Shown here: piece by piece, positions 10,457 through 20,800 of the stretch
How positions within the stretch are numbered: position 1 is the stretch's first letter
Layout: every line of letters starts with the position of its first letter
Virus record (IMG/VR): IMGVR_UViG_3300005563_000030
Location: 32,001-96,000 of that record
Strand: one strand, 5' to 3'
Origin: a virus
DNA length: 64,000 nt
The notes under the pieces: generated by a model
Told to the model about the DNA's origin: nothing
Database searches by the model: none
The model's input: the letters and a program-made list of their open reading frames with translations, nothing else
Translations under genes and position numbers: made by a program

Positions 10457-12988
10457 TTACTTGTTATATATTTGACCTCTCGCTACACCATCTAAAAGAG
10501 TAATAGCGTCGTCTAATGATGCTTGTTTTGTTGCCCCTTCCATGAATTGCATTGCGCTTTCTACGGAAGTGAATGGGTTATTATATAATGAGATTGGACC
10601 TGCTTTACCTTTAACAACTACAAATACAGAAGGATCATTATAGTCTTCTGGGTGATATTTCTTTATGTCATATTGTAGCTGATAAGAAGAGCCTGAGGTT
10701 GTACCAATATTCTTAGCTACTCCATTAGTATGTAAAGCAAATCTATATCCTGAAATGTCATGAATATCTTTACCAAATCCAAAAGTTGTGGCTTGCTGTG
10801 GCGATAATGGAACTTTAGCTATTTGAAAATCTTCAGGTTTAGTTCCTGTCTTTATTCTAAATGTCATTGTTGGCTGTTTAGCCATGTTACCACTAGCGTT
10901 GATATAGCTATACCCTACTGATACAGGTTCAATCATACTAGCGTTCAGAGTTTTTTTACCAAGAGGTTCTCCTGCTTCATTATAGTACTCCATAGTACCA
11001 GCATTAGCTGCAACCATTTTGGCTATATTATTCTCTTTGTCATCAGAAATGGTAAGACCGGGAAGATTGAATCTTACTGAACCTTGATTAATAAGACTTG
11101 TTCTTTCAGCTTCTCTATTTGTGAAATAATCCTGCATTTTTTTAGAATCAAACGGTAGCTTGTAGAAATTAGTACCGGGAACTGTCTGACCACCAGATAT
11201 TTCAGCTTGTACTTGATTAAATTTCTCCTCTGCACTAAGTGCTTTTGAAGTTGGATCAAGTGGATTTACTGGTGTTGGTTGATAAGATGTTCCATTAGCT
11301 CTAGCTCTTTGAAGCTCTTTTTGTGCATTTGTATACTTTGTATAAGCATCAAATGTTTGAGGATTAATACCATATTTTTCTCTAACTTGATTATCTACTT
11401 TCTTATAGAAATCATCTACAGCATCAATTTCAGCTCTGTTTTCTTGATACTTACCAATGAAGTTCTTAAATAATGGATCAAGGTAGTCAAAGTTAACTTT
11501 CTCTCCTCTCATCGAAGCTTCCCAAGCATTCTTATAATCTGTAGCCATTTTAATGGCTTGAGGATCATATTTTCCTTGTATGAAGCCATCATCTGTAGCA
11601 TCATTAATGAATGTTTCTGACCAACCCATTTTCCATCCAAGGTCTTTAATGAACTGATTGAATAACTGATCGTTAGCTTTTAAAAGACCAGTTTTTCTTT
11701 CATCAAGAGTTTTCTGTGTGAATGAAACATTTTGTTCAGCATTTGCATTATTCATCAAAGGTAAATTAGCATAAGGAGATTCTTTTCCTGTTCCATTCTT
11801 ACCTTTTCCTTTACCTCTTGGATTATTAGGATCATCTACGACTGTCTTATTACCATAGAAATCCACATCCCATTTAAGACCATCCTTAGCCATATCAATC
11901 TGTTGGTCAACTGCATCTTTCTTTTGTTGATATTCAAACTTAGCTTTCTGCATAGCATAGTTAAGATTGAACATTTTATCAGTAGCCGCTTGCATTGTTG
12001 AAGTTGCTTGAGAGAAGGAGTAGCGAGCTTGTAATCCCTTAAACTTCTCATCCAGATAGAGTTTTTCTCTCATCTGGTCAGCACTGTTTTTTATAGGAGC
12101 CATTAGCTTTGTTACTTCAGCTTCTTTCTCAGAAACTAACTTCTGATAATCTTGCTGATCTTTCAAAGACGTAGCACCTTTAAGCTTAGTTTTATAGTCA
12201 TTGAGTTCACCATTAGCTGCTCCTATTTGCTCATATAATTTAGAATCATAGGCTTTAGTAAGATCACCTAAAGGTACACCTTGGTAGGTATAACGTCCTT
12301 CAATAGCTAATTGTGTTCTTTGTTGAGGAGTAAGCATCATAGCTGCTGTAGCAGCAATACGATCAGGAGAAACGTATTTCTTACCGTCTTTCATGTACAT
12401 TAGTCCTCTATCATTCCACTGAACTTCCATATTAGCTGAGTTAGCTATTGTGCTAAATAGCTTTTCCCAATCTGCTTCATAATCATGGAAAGGTGTAGTA
12501 TTTCCAGCATCACCTGTGGGGTTTGTTCCTACTTGTCCATCATTGAGCCAAGATGAGAACTTACCCATATCATACCACTCATTGGCTGGGTTGTATTCCT
12601 TTGGTTTCTTCTCCTTCAGGTCTTTATAATAGCTCTGTACATAACGTAATTTCTTTGTATTACCTACAGCATTAATAATATTATCATCTCCATAAATCTG
12701 GGAAGAAAGCCCAGAGATTTGGTTCTGAATATTAGGATCAGAATAATCAACACCACCAATGTTATTGATAGTGTTGACTAGGTTATTTAATTTAGTATTT
12801 AGGTAATCTTTATCAGCTCCTTTTACAACATCAAGAGCTGCAATAGAGTCGATACCACTTTGTACTTTCTGTACACCTCTATCAAAATCAAGTTGCTCGT
12901 ATTGCAGTACCTTACCCAGAAGATTTAAGTCCACAGGTTGTGTGTATTCAAGCGGTTTATGTACTGTCGATCTATAACTTATGGGCAT
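10457..12988 (-). CDS. Putative virion cargo/ejection protein (843 aa)
   Basis: Long helical-looking ORF directly upstream of the virion RNAP, the position of cargo proteins in crAss-like phages. Confidence 0.6.
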   Translation of the reverse strand: MPISYRSTVHKPLEYTQPVDLNLLGKVLQYEQLDFDRGVQKVQSGIDSIAALDVVKGADKDYLNTKLNNLVNTINNIGGVDYSDPNIQNQISGLSSQIYGDDNIINAVGNTKKLRYVQSYYKDLKEKKPKEYNPANEWYDMGKFSSWLNDGQVGTNPTGDAGNTTPFHDYEADWEKLFSTIANSANMEVQWNDRGLMYMKDGKKYVSPDRIAATAAMMLTPQQRTQLAIEGRYTYQGVPLGDLTKAYDSKLYEQIGAANGELNDYKTKLKGATSLKDQQDYQKLVSEKEAEVTKLMAPIKNSADQMREKLYLDEKFKGLQARYSFSQATSTMQAATDKMFNLNYAMQKAKFEYQQKKDAVDQQIDMAKDGLKWDVDFYGNKTVVDDPNNPRGKGKGKNGTGKESPYANLPLMNNANAEQNVSFTQKTLDERKTGLLKANDQLFNQFIKDLGWKMGWSETFINDATDDGFIQGKYDPQAIKMATDYKNAWEASMRGEKVNFDYLDPLFKNFIGKYQENRAEIDAVDDFYKKVDNQVREKYGINPQTFDAYTKYTNAQKELQRARANGTSYQPTPVNPLDPTSKALSAEEKFNQVQAEISGGQTVPGTNFYKLPFDSKKMQDYFTNREAERTSLINQGSVRFNLPGLTISDDKENNIAKMVAANAGTMEYYNEAGEPLGKKTLNASMIEPVSVGYSYINASGNMAKQPTMTFRIKTGTKPEDFQIAKVPLSPQQATTFGFGKDIHDISGYRFALHTNGVAKNIGTTSGSSYQLQYDIKKYHPEDYNDPSVFVVVKGKAGPISLYNNPFTSVESAMQFMEGATKQASLDDAITLLDGVARGQIYNK

Positions 12989-13004
12989 AATCTATGTTAT
13001 TTAG

Positions 13005-13012
13005 CAAAGATA
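13005..13012 (-). promoter_or_regulatory. Bacteroidota primary-sigma -7 element TATCTTTG
   Basis: Matches TAnnTTTG 16 nt upstream of the 12988 start codon. Confidence 0.65.
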
Positions 13013-13056
13013 GTAATTTTAATTATTCCTTTTACAAAGGTAATTGAAGCTGGTTA

Positions 13057-16000
13057 TTATCGTTCTACCAGCTTAGTTCCATCAAAATAAAGAGTCTTAC
13101 CAGTCTTTCTATTATAATAAGATTTACCTGCTTGTACATTCTGAACACCACCTGCGGCAGTAGTTTTAGCACTACCAACTGTTGTTGGAGTTGTAGGCAT
13201 TCCCAAGGCAGGATTAACACTAAATAAAGGCTGATAACCATTATAGTCTCCGTATTGATCGAAGGCTCTTGAATATTTCATTATAAGGTTACCATTTCTA
13301 TTAAGAGCTCTATTGTCTGCAATAGTCTTATATAAAGCATCAAGTGATGTAAGTTTCTGTTCTTGTTGAGTAGCTTTAGACTGAAGAACTTTATTCTCAA
13401 ATACTTCACGTGCTTGCTGGTCTGCTAAAGAATTCTTATCTCTTACTTGTGTGTTGTAAGTGATTTCATTATTCTTAATCTGAGCATTTTGGTTCTCGTA
13501 GTTACCTAACACTTGATTATTAGCAGCGTACTTCTGAGCAGCCAAGTTAGCAACATTAGCGGCAGCTCCACCGGGATTATTTGCGGACATGTCTTGCACG
13601 CCTTGTACACTTGCATTAAAGTCAGCTTGGTTCTGTTGTAAAGCAGCAGTAGGATCAAGTAACTTGTAACGTAACTGGTTGAACTCCATTGGGTTATATT
13701 TACCCGGTTCACGCTCTAAAGCAGCTAAATATGAGTTAGTTGCAGAAGCAGTATCATACCAGCGTAAAGGCTCATAAAATCCACTTCTTTTTTGTTGTTT
13801 AATATTTATTGGAGTAATGCTGGTATCTAAGTCTTGAGCAACTGGAATATCCTTCGCCGGGGTATCATCAGGCCATGTGATTGTAGGCTTCTTATCAGGA
13901 GCTACAAGACGCATAGTTCTAGGTCCAAGAATACCATCAGGGTATAGTGTTTTTAACTTCTCAAGGTTCTTAGGATCATCTAATACACCAGGTTTGAAAA
14001 GACCTTTATCATCTACAAGTCCCATTTGTCTAGCTTGAGTCATGCCTTTCTGGTGCATACCTTCACCCCACATCTTTCTAATAGCATCAGGGTTATTTTT
14101 TAACTGATAGTCATACAAGGCTGTCTGGAAATCAGCAGCATTATTAATTCCTTCATACTTAAATCCTTTTGCTTTCAGTTCGTCTAAGTAGTTTTGGAAT
14201 GTAAAGTCCTGAGTAGCAGGGAATGCGTCAGAGTGACCAGCAGGAGTTTTCATACCTGTTTTGGACCCTGCATAACCAGCAAGTTGCATGTACTGTGGTT
14301 CTGTTGTATCTACACCATATTGAGCATGATGCCATTTAGCAGCATTACGTGCAAAGTTAGCCATCTGTCTAACATGGGGATCTTTCGAGTGAAGAGCTTC
14401 CTCAGTAGTTTTACCTGTTCTCTTCTTATAAGCAGTAAATTTACCTCTGTTCTCAGGCTTGATATGAATACCTGTTTTAGCTTCAGGAGTATCTTGTCCA
14501 TCTGTAGGAATACCTGTCGCAGCTTTAACCATTTCTTGACGGTTAAATAAACTATCAAATAATTGTTGCTGTGTAGGTAGAGATTTAAAATGATCCATAT
14601 TTAATCTAGTTGAAAGTTCAGCGTATTTGTCTAATGAGTCTCTACTCTTAGCGCCTAATTCTATTTTCTTTGTTATTTTATTTCTTTGGTCTTCGTAGTA
14701 ATCATTAGCGTTAACTAACGCTTCTGCGTGAGACATAGCCTTATTAGTAGGCATACCAGTTGTCTGCTCTACATCCTCAGGACTAAGTTTTAAGATTTTA
14801 GAATTTCTATCCTTTCTTATATTAGATGTATTCTCAAGTACACGATGTACATTAGGAAGAAATACTCCACCCTGTTCATGTGTATTAGCATCATTAGCTA
14901 CTTGTCCAATCTGACCATCATTTGTTTGAAAAGCTTCACCCTTTTCAGCTTCTACATTAGCAAGAGCCTTTCCACCTTCTTGTAAGCCATATGTTTTAGG
15001 CATTCCACCATTTTTCATAACATTTTTATTAGGAATAGTGAAATTAGATGGTCTTATTGATAAGTCTCCTGTTTCTGCAATATCTACATTTTGTGTAGCT
15101 GGATTGTACTTATAATCTCTACTATAACTAGTTCCTCTAGTTGTATTAGTTTGAGTATAACTAGGTGTTACTTGTAATGATGCAAAGCGTCTACCATAGT
15201 TTAACTTTGTAACATCATTCTGTCCTTCTTCAGTACCCCATAGAGGCTGTCTTCCTTGTGATACGTTGTAGTTGTTCACAGCCTGAAGACTTTTTAAATA
15301 ACGATCATAATCATCACCTAAAGTACTCTTTACTTCATCAGGTGTTAAGAAATCATTATACGCTGTACTTTGTACATAATTTTGCGCACCAGTTGTGTCA
15401 CCTTTACGTCTCAAATCAACAAGTCCTTTAAAGTAATCTTGAAATCCTTGTGGGTTTTTTGCTTTGAGTTGAGCGTTCAACTTATCTTTAAAGTATGCTA
15501 ATTGAGCGTTTGCTGAATAATATTGATCTGTTGGGTCTGGAGCTGGCGTGGAGTTAGCAGCTAATTGTCCACCAGTTTGCATTGTTCTATAACCTGCTGC
15601 GGTTCCAGTATTTGGTGTTTCTGAGGAAGATACTCCTGATAACGCACCAGAGTTTAGGAATCCTTGCCACGCACCTTTATTAGGAAAGTAAACGCTTTGT
15701 TGTCCTGAACCTGTTGGATAGGTAGCAGAAAAGTTAGTAGGTTGATTGAGATCCATTGGAGTATACCCATTATCTGGAATAGCTATATCATACCCACTTC
15801 TAAGAGTAGTCATAGGCATTAAATCTACACTACCAATATGTCGAACATCTCTATCACGAAATGTGCCTATTTGTTGAATTATTTTCTCTTTGTTATCCCA
15901 AGGAATGCGCCCTTGACTGTCTTTTACAGAAACAGCATTCAAATATCTATCGCCTTTAACTCCAGTTGTGTGTACATATTTTCCTGTACCTCCACCGTAT

Positions 16001-16434
16001 TGTGTAAATACAGGATTGGCATTAAGTCCATATCCTTCCATGTTTTCATAATACTTTGGAGTGATAGCTTTTAGTTGCTGATCTTTCTCATATTTTCTAT
16101 TATTCACTTCGTTTATCATGCTGGCAACACCTGTAACTCCTTGCATAACTGTATTAAGATTCTGGACAGCAGGGTTAAGGAGAGTTTTGTTAGTATTACC
16201 TAGTAAATCCCAAATATTTTTCTTGTTACCAATAGGAACAATATCGGGGTTATTTGTTGTAGGATCACCTGTTTCATCAGGCTTGAAGTACTGATTACCA
16301 TAAATATCAGTAGCTCCAGTAGCAGTTTGATTAACTACTGAAGGTGTGTTATCATCTGGAATACCCCAATTGTAATTATTGGTTGATCCCCCTAACTGAT
16401 AGGCATAATATTTGGGTTTCTTTCTCTTAGCCAT
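13057..16434 (-). CDS. Putative virion cargo/ejection protein (1125 aa)
   Basis: Contains an IHIKPENRGKFT...NFARNA segment that I recall from crAss-like internal proteins, repeated xQxGG motifs and a Q/A-rich C-terminal helix. Confidence 0.65.
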   Translation of the reverse strand: MAKRKKPKYYAYQLGGSTNNYNWGIPDDNTPSVVNQTATGATDIYGNQYFKPDETGDPTTNNPDIVPIGNKKNIWDLLGNTNKTLLNPAVQNLNTVMQGVTGVASMINEVNNRKYEKDQQLKAITPKYYENMEGYGLNANPVFTQYGGGTGKYVHTTGVKGDRYLNAVSVKDSQGRIPWDNKEKIIQQIGTFRDRDVRHIGSVDLMPMTTLRSGYDIAIPDNGYTPMDLNQPTNFSATYPTGSGQQSVYFPNKGAWQGFLNSGALSGVSSSETPNTGTAAGYRTMQTGGQLAANSTPAPDPTDQYYSANAQLAYFKDKLNAQLKAKNPQGFQDYFKGLVDLRRKGDTTGAQNYVQSTAYNDFLTPDEVKSTLGDDYDRYLKSLQAVNNYNVSQGRQPLWGTEEGQNDVTKLNYGRRFASLQVTPSYTQTNTTRGTSYSRDYKYNPATQNVDIAETGDLSIRPSNFTIPNKNVMKNGGMPKTYGLQEGGKALANVEAEKGEAFQTNDGQIGQVANDANTHEQGGVFLPNVHRVLENTSNIRKDRNSKILKLSPEDVEQTTGMPTNKAMSHAEALVNANDYYEDQRNKITKKIELGAKSRDSLDKYAELSTRLNMDHFKSLPTQQQLFDSLFNRQEMVKAATGIPTDGQDTPEAKTGIHIKPENRGKFTAYKKRTGKTTEEALHSKDPHVRQMANFARNAAKWHHAQYGVDTTEPQYMQLAGYAGSKTGMKTPAGHSDAFPATQDFTFQNYLDELKAKGFKYEGINNAADFQTALYDYQLKNNPDAIRKMWGEGMHQKGMTQARQMGLVDDKGLFKPGVLDDPKNLEKLKTLYPDGILGPRTMRLVAPDKKPTITWPDDTPAKDIPVAQDLDTSITPINIKQQKRSGFYEPLRWYDTASATNSYLAALEREPGKYNPMEFNQLRYKLLDPTAALQQNQADFNASVQGVQDMSANNPGGAAANVANLAAQKYAANNQVLGNYENQNAQIKNNEITYNTQVRDKNSLADQQAREVFENKVLQSKATQQEQKLTSLDALYKTIADNRALNRNGNLIMKYSRAFDQYGDYNGYQPLFSVNPALGMPTTPTTVGSAKTTAAGGVQNVQAGKSYYNRKTGKTLYFDGTKLVER

Positions 16435-17842
16435 ATATCGGTCTATTATTTGTGTTATTGTATGCTACGTGATTCATTAAGTAAATCAGATCTTCATCTG
16501 AATAGTTTTGGAAAAGTCTATTTACAATATTGTCATTTTTGTATAGTTCTTTAGCCTGTTTTAATAATTCAGGAGTAAGCTCTTGTGTTCCCGTGTTAAA
16601 TTTCAAATCTTTAAATAGTCTATATCTCAACGCGTTTAAGTCTGCGCTTGATTCAGACGGTCTTGAGTCATGTTCAACATCTAATTTTTGTTGTTCTGTC
16701 ATACCAGCAGTATTCACCTTACTTAGCTTGTTTCTGGTAAGAAAAGCATTCATTTCATTCTGATTAAGCTCTAAGTTAGGGTTGGTTAAATACTTACCTT
16801 GAGAAGCTCCTATTGTATGTCCATACTCATGTGCTAACACTGAGCGAAGTGGAAACCCAAACTCTTTGGCATCCTTGGAATTTACAACTACACTATAGTT
16901 TGGAGCATCATACATACTTCCTAGTAAGTCATCTGTAAAATGGGTTACTCCCTTTATATTAGCAAGTCTATCGAGTACTGCTTGATGTGGATCAGCATAC
17001 CCTTGTTCAGTGAGCCTTTTGGTGTAATTTGTACTATTTAAATAGTCATTATAGAAAGACTTTACATCATATTCATCCTGTTTTGTTAATGGTGTATCTA
17101 CTTCTCCACCCATTTGCATCTTCTGTTCATATACCTTTCCGCTAAACTTCGCTGTATCTTTTGGTCCATAAAGTACTTGATATTTCTTTCCATCTGTAAT
17201 AGCTACAGGCTGATGGTTATCAAGTCCTCTGAAAGTGTTAGTTCCTTTAGTATTAAATACTGCTGTATTATAATTAGGGTTATTAAGTCCTATTCTCTGT
17301 TGTTCATAGGTCTCAGCATACAAAGTTCCATCTCCACCAAATTGACGAGTTGCTGTGTTTTGAATATCATTAATGTCGGCAGCAGCATTAACACCTATTA
17401 CTTGATATTTTGGAACATGACCACCATACTGCCATATTCTAGGAGCAGTTCTTGTTACTCTACGCCCACTAGGAGCTGGTGTAGGAGCTGGAGTATCGTC
17501 TTCATCATCATCGTTTGATGGTGGTGCGGTATAACTCTTTGCTCTTGGTGCTGCTTCTGGTTCTTGTTCAAACATGGAGTTTAGTAGTTCCATGTCTACT
17601 TGAGGATTAGGGTCTTCTGGTAGATCATTTTCCTGAACAAAAGAGGTAAGGTCAGGTTGTTCAGACTCACTATTATCTTGTTGCTGTCCTGCCACTATCT
17701 CAATAAGATCACTATCAAAAGAAGTAGTATCAAATCCAGCTCCTAATGGTGTACTTTCTTCAGATGGTAAGAAAGCAGAAAAATCCCCTTGTGCAAGAGG
17801 ATCATTTGAGTATGTTGTGCTATTTAGAAAATCGTAAGCCAT
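16427..17842 (-). CDS. Virion protein with C-terminal zincin-like metallopeptidase domain
   Basis: VLAHEYGHTIG (HExxH) followed by PSESSAD; acidic low-complexity N-terminus. Confidence 0.6.
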   Translation of the reverse strand: MAYDFLNSTTYSNDPLAQGDFSAFLPSEESTPLGAGFDTTSFDSDLIEIVAGQQQDNSESEQPDLTSFVQENDLPEDPNPQVDMELLNSMFEQEPEAAPRAKSYTAPPSNDDDEDDTPAPTPAPSGRRVTRTAPRIWQYGGHVPKYQVIGVNAAADINDIQNTATRQFGGDGTLYAETYEQQRIGLNNPNYNTAVFNTKGTNTFRGLDNHQPVAITDGKKYQVLYGPKDTAKFSGKVYEQKMQMGGEVDTPLTKQDEYDVKSFYNDYLNSTNYTKRLTEQGYADPHQAVLDRLANIKGVTHFTDDLLGSMYDAPNYSVVVNSKDAKEFGFPLRSVLAHEYGHTIGASQGKYLTNPNLELNQNEMNAFLTRNKLSKVNTAGMTEQQKLDVEHDSRPSESSADLNALRYRLFKDLKFNTGTQELTPELLKQAKELYKNDNIVNRLFQNYSDEDLIYLMNHVAYNNTNNRPIYG

Positions 17843-20800
17843 TATCTATATGTTTTCACAGCGTTGTTTTGAAGCCATTTGAAAATCATCTTGTAATTTG
17901 TATGAACATCATTTATTAACATTACCTTGTTCCATTCCCCTCTTATACGCTTCTTATTCAGATCAGGAGTTTGGTAATTAATAGCCATAGGATTTGGAGT
18001 TTTCTCTGTATTTGAGCAGTTATTCAACCAAAGTGGAAGATTATTTGATCTCGAAGCGGCAAGATCATAAAACTGATTGAATCTCCATACGCCATCGCTA
18101 TTTGTAACGCGAATTGTAGTACTCTGAGCATTTGTTCTAGGATAGGTGCTTAGGAAATTGAGATTTTGTTTCGTATTATATTCTAATTCTAATAATCCTG
18201 AACTTTGAGATTGATTCGATACTACAGCCTTGTTAAATGTAACTTGATTATTGTAGAATGAATCGTACTCATTATGGTAACGAATTGCGTCCATAGAGTA
18301 CTCAACAGAGTTTAAGTGACTTTTTGAAGTATCATACTTACTGATTGTCTGAATAGTCCATGGATATACTTTTCCATAAAACACTTGATAAGACTTATTA
18401 GTAAGGTTGTGATCCCACAAACTACCATCACTATTTAATCCTGATGAGAAGTGGTCAATAGAGTCAATATAATAGTTAGGCTTATAAGAATGGAATGAGG
18501 TCCAAGCCTTTGTTAAGAAGCTAAATGATACAGTCCAACTCTTATTACAAAAGTACTTATTATTTGTGAGACTAACAACTTCATCACCTTTCTTAAATAT
18601 CTTCTCTTCAGAATCGTAAGTAACTGCCTTATCTAACAGTTTGTAGTCAAGTTTTGTGATAAGAATTCTACTGAAACGCTTATCAAAAGCCATGGTTATA
18701 CCAATGTTTTTGAAGTTGTTATCTAAATCTTCTGGAAGAATTTGAGGGAAATCTTTAGCTATATGGAAAGGAAGGTTTTCTTTAAACCAATTCTTCATAC
18801 CATATTTAGAGATTTCATCAAGTCCACCACCTGATAAATTAAGTACTTCACCTCTCTTAGCATCCACCCATACGTGACCAAATTCTGTATTTAAAATTGC
18901 TGAGTGTTGTGATCCACCATGACCAAGAGTTGTTTTAGCATATTCCTGTGGTTTTGATGCAAACATTCCACCAGTACCCACCTGAATAGACTGAGTGTTA
19001 GTTGGAATAGTGATATACGCATTAAATACTTGGAATGTATTCTCACATCTTATAAGTACTTTATCATTCTCTATACCATCTAATCCTGTAAGTCTACCAT
19101 TAATTAAAGGTACTGGGAAGAAGTCATTAGGTTTGTATTGCAGCCAATTAGCACCATTTGAGTAAATAATACCATTTGGATGACTTACTCTACATGATCT
19201 ACCCGGTTCAAATGAAGCGGGATAAACTAAGTAAGAATGCTCCTTATTTTGTTTAGAATAGGTGTTATTATAGAAATAGTAGTTTGGTTCTCTTATTTGC
19301 ACATTCTCCTGCTGTAGCCAGAAATCTAAGTCTGATTGAACAGGATAGAATGCTTTGTCTGTAAGATTCTCAGCGTAACGAAAATCAACGTTTACATCAC
19401 TTTCTACCAAGAAATTAGGAATACCATAGCTATACAAGTAGATATATCCATTTTGATAGAAGAATTTACTAGTAGCACCATCACGAATACTCTTAGGACG
19501 ACCTAAGAAGTTTCCTATACCTTCAGGTGTTACAAGACTTAATACATCACCAATACTATCAAACTCAGAAGCAATACCTGTTGTACTATTATAGTAGTGA
19601 CGAGGTACACCTAAGTTTGGAAATGCTGAGAAGTCAAAGTCTGTACCATTACCCATCTCAAAGGTATCAGCTAAGAAGTAAGGAACTTTTATTTTAAGAG
19701 CAAAACGATTTATGAATGTATCACCACCAAATACTGTCTTACATACACTATTTGAAGCGGTCATATTAAATACTTGTGATCCTGTAGAAATCCAGTCAAT
19801 ATTATATACATTACCATACTGATCTGGTCTATAGTTCTTAAGAGAAGCATAATAAGATGAGATGTTCTTAATAACATGCTTATCTAAAGTTTTACCTACA
19901 GCACCATCTTCAAACGTAAAGCGACTATTATCCTGAACACCAGAGAATGACCCAGCATTAGGAAAGTCTGTTCCCGCATAACGCAGATATAGAGAGTCTT
20001 CTCTATGCCAGTTATTCACCTTAGTATTCACAAATTGTGTAGGATCACTATCAGAAACCTCAGGAACTAAGCTATTCTCTCCTTTTAAGTATCTCCAAGA
20101 GTTAATTGATCTTATCTTATTACCGCTATTAGGTACTGGTTTATAGCTATTATATTTACCTACTGAGTTGTATTGAATACACCAATCTCTATAAGGAGTA
20201 AGAGATTTAATAAGATCAAGCACAATACCCGATTCATATAATACTGTAGATAAAAATCCAGATATTAGGTTAGCCAGCAATATTGGTAATAATGGTAGTA
20301 ACAAGGGCTTTCTAGTGGCTAAATACACTGGGTTACTCCAGTCTTTATCTCTACCACCAACAGTACGTGTTGTTACCTCTGTAGCAGCATTAATTGATGC
20401 CGCTTTCTGTGGATTAATAATAGTGTTAAGTACTGATTCTGGAACAATAGCCGAACCTGTACCTGTCTGATAAGGCAGGAATGGACCAAATATACCAGAT
20501 GCGATACCCATACCAGAAACAACAGAACCTTTAACTGTGTATTCAGTTATTTCTTTCTCTTCTGTTTTAGTAAGAGCTGCAACGATTCCCAAACCGAAAG
20601 CAATAGTATAAGAAGTATTAGATAGAAACTTTTGCTTTGCTTGTCTCTTTGATACTGTAAAATACCCTTCAGAAGTTCCATATTCAGCGGTTTCAAGCTT
20701 TAATTTAGTTCCAACAAATGGCTCAGAAAAGTGTGTATCTGGGCTATGGAATGTATATCTTTTTGAGAATATGAACGGAAGGTCAGAGCCTTTTTCAGTA

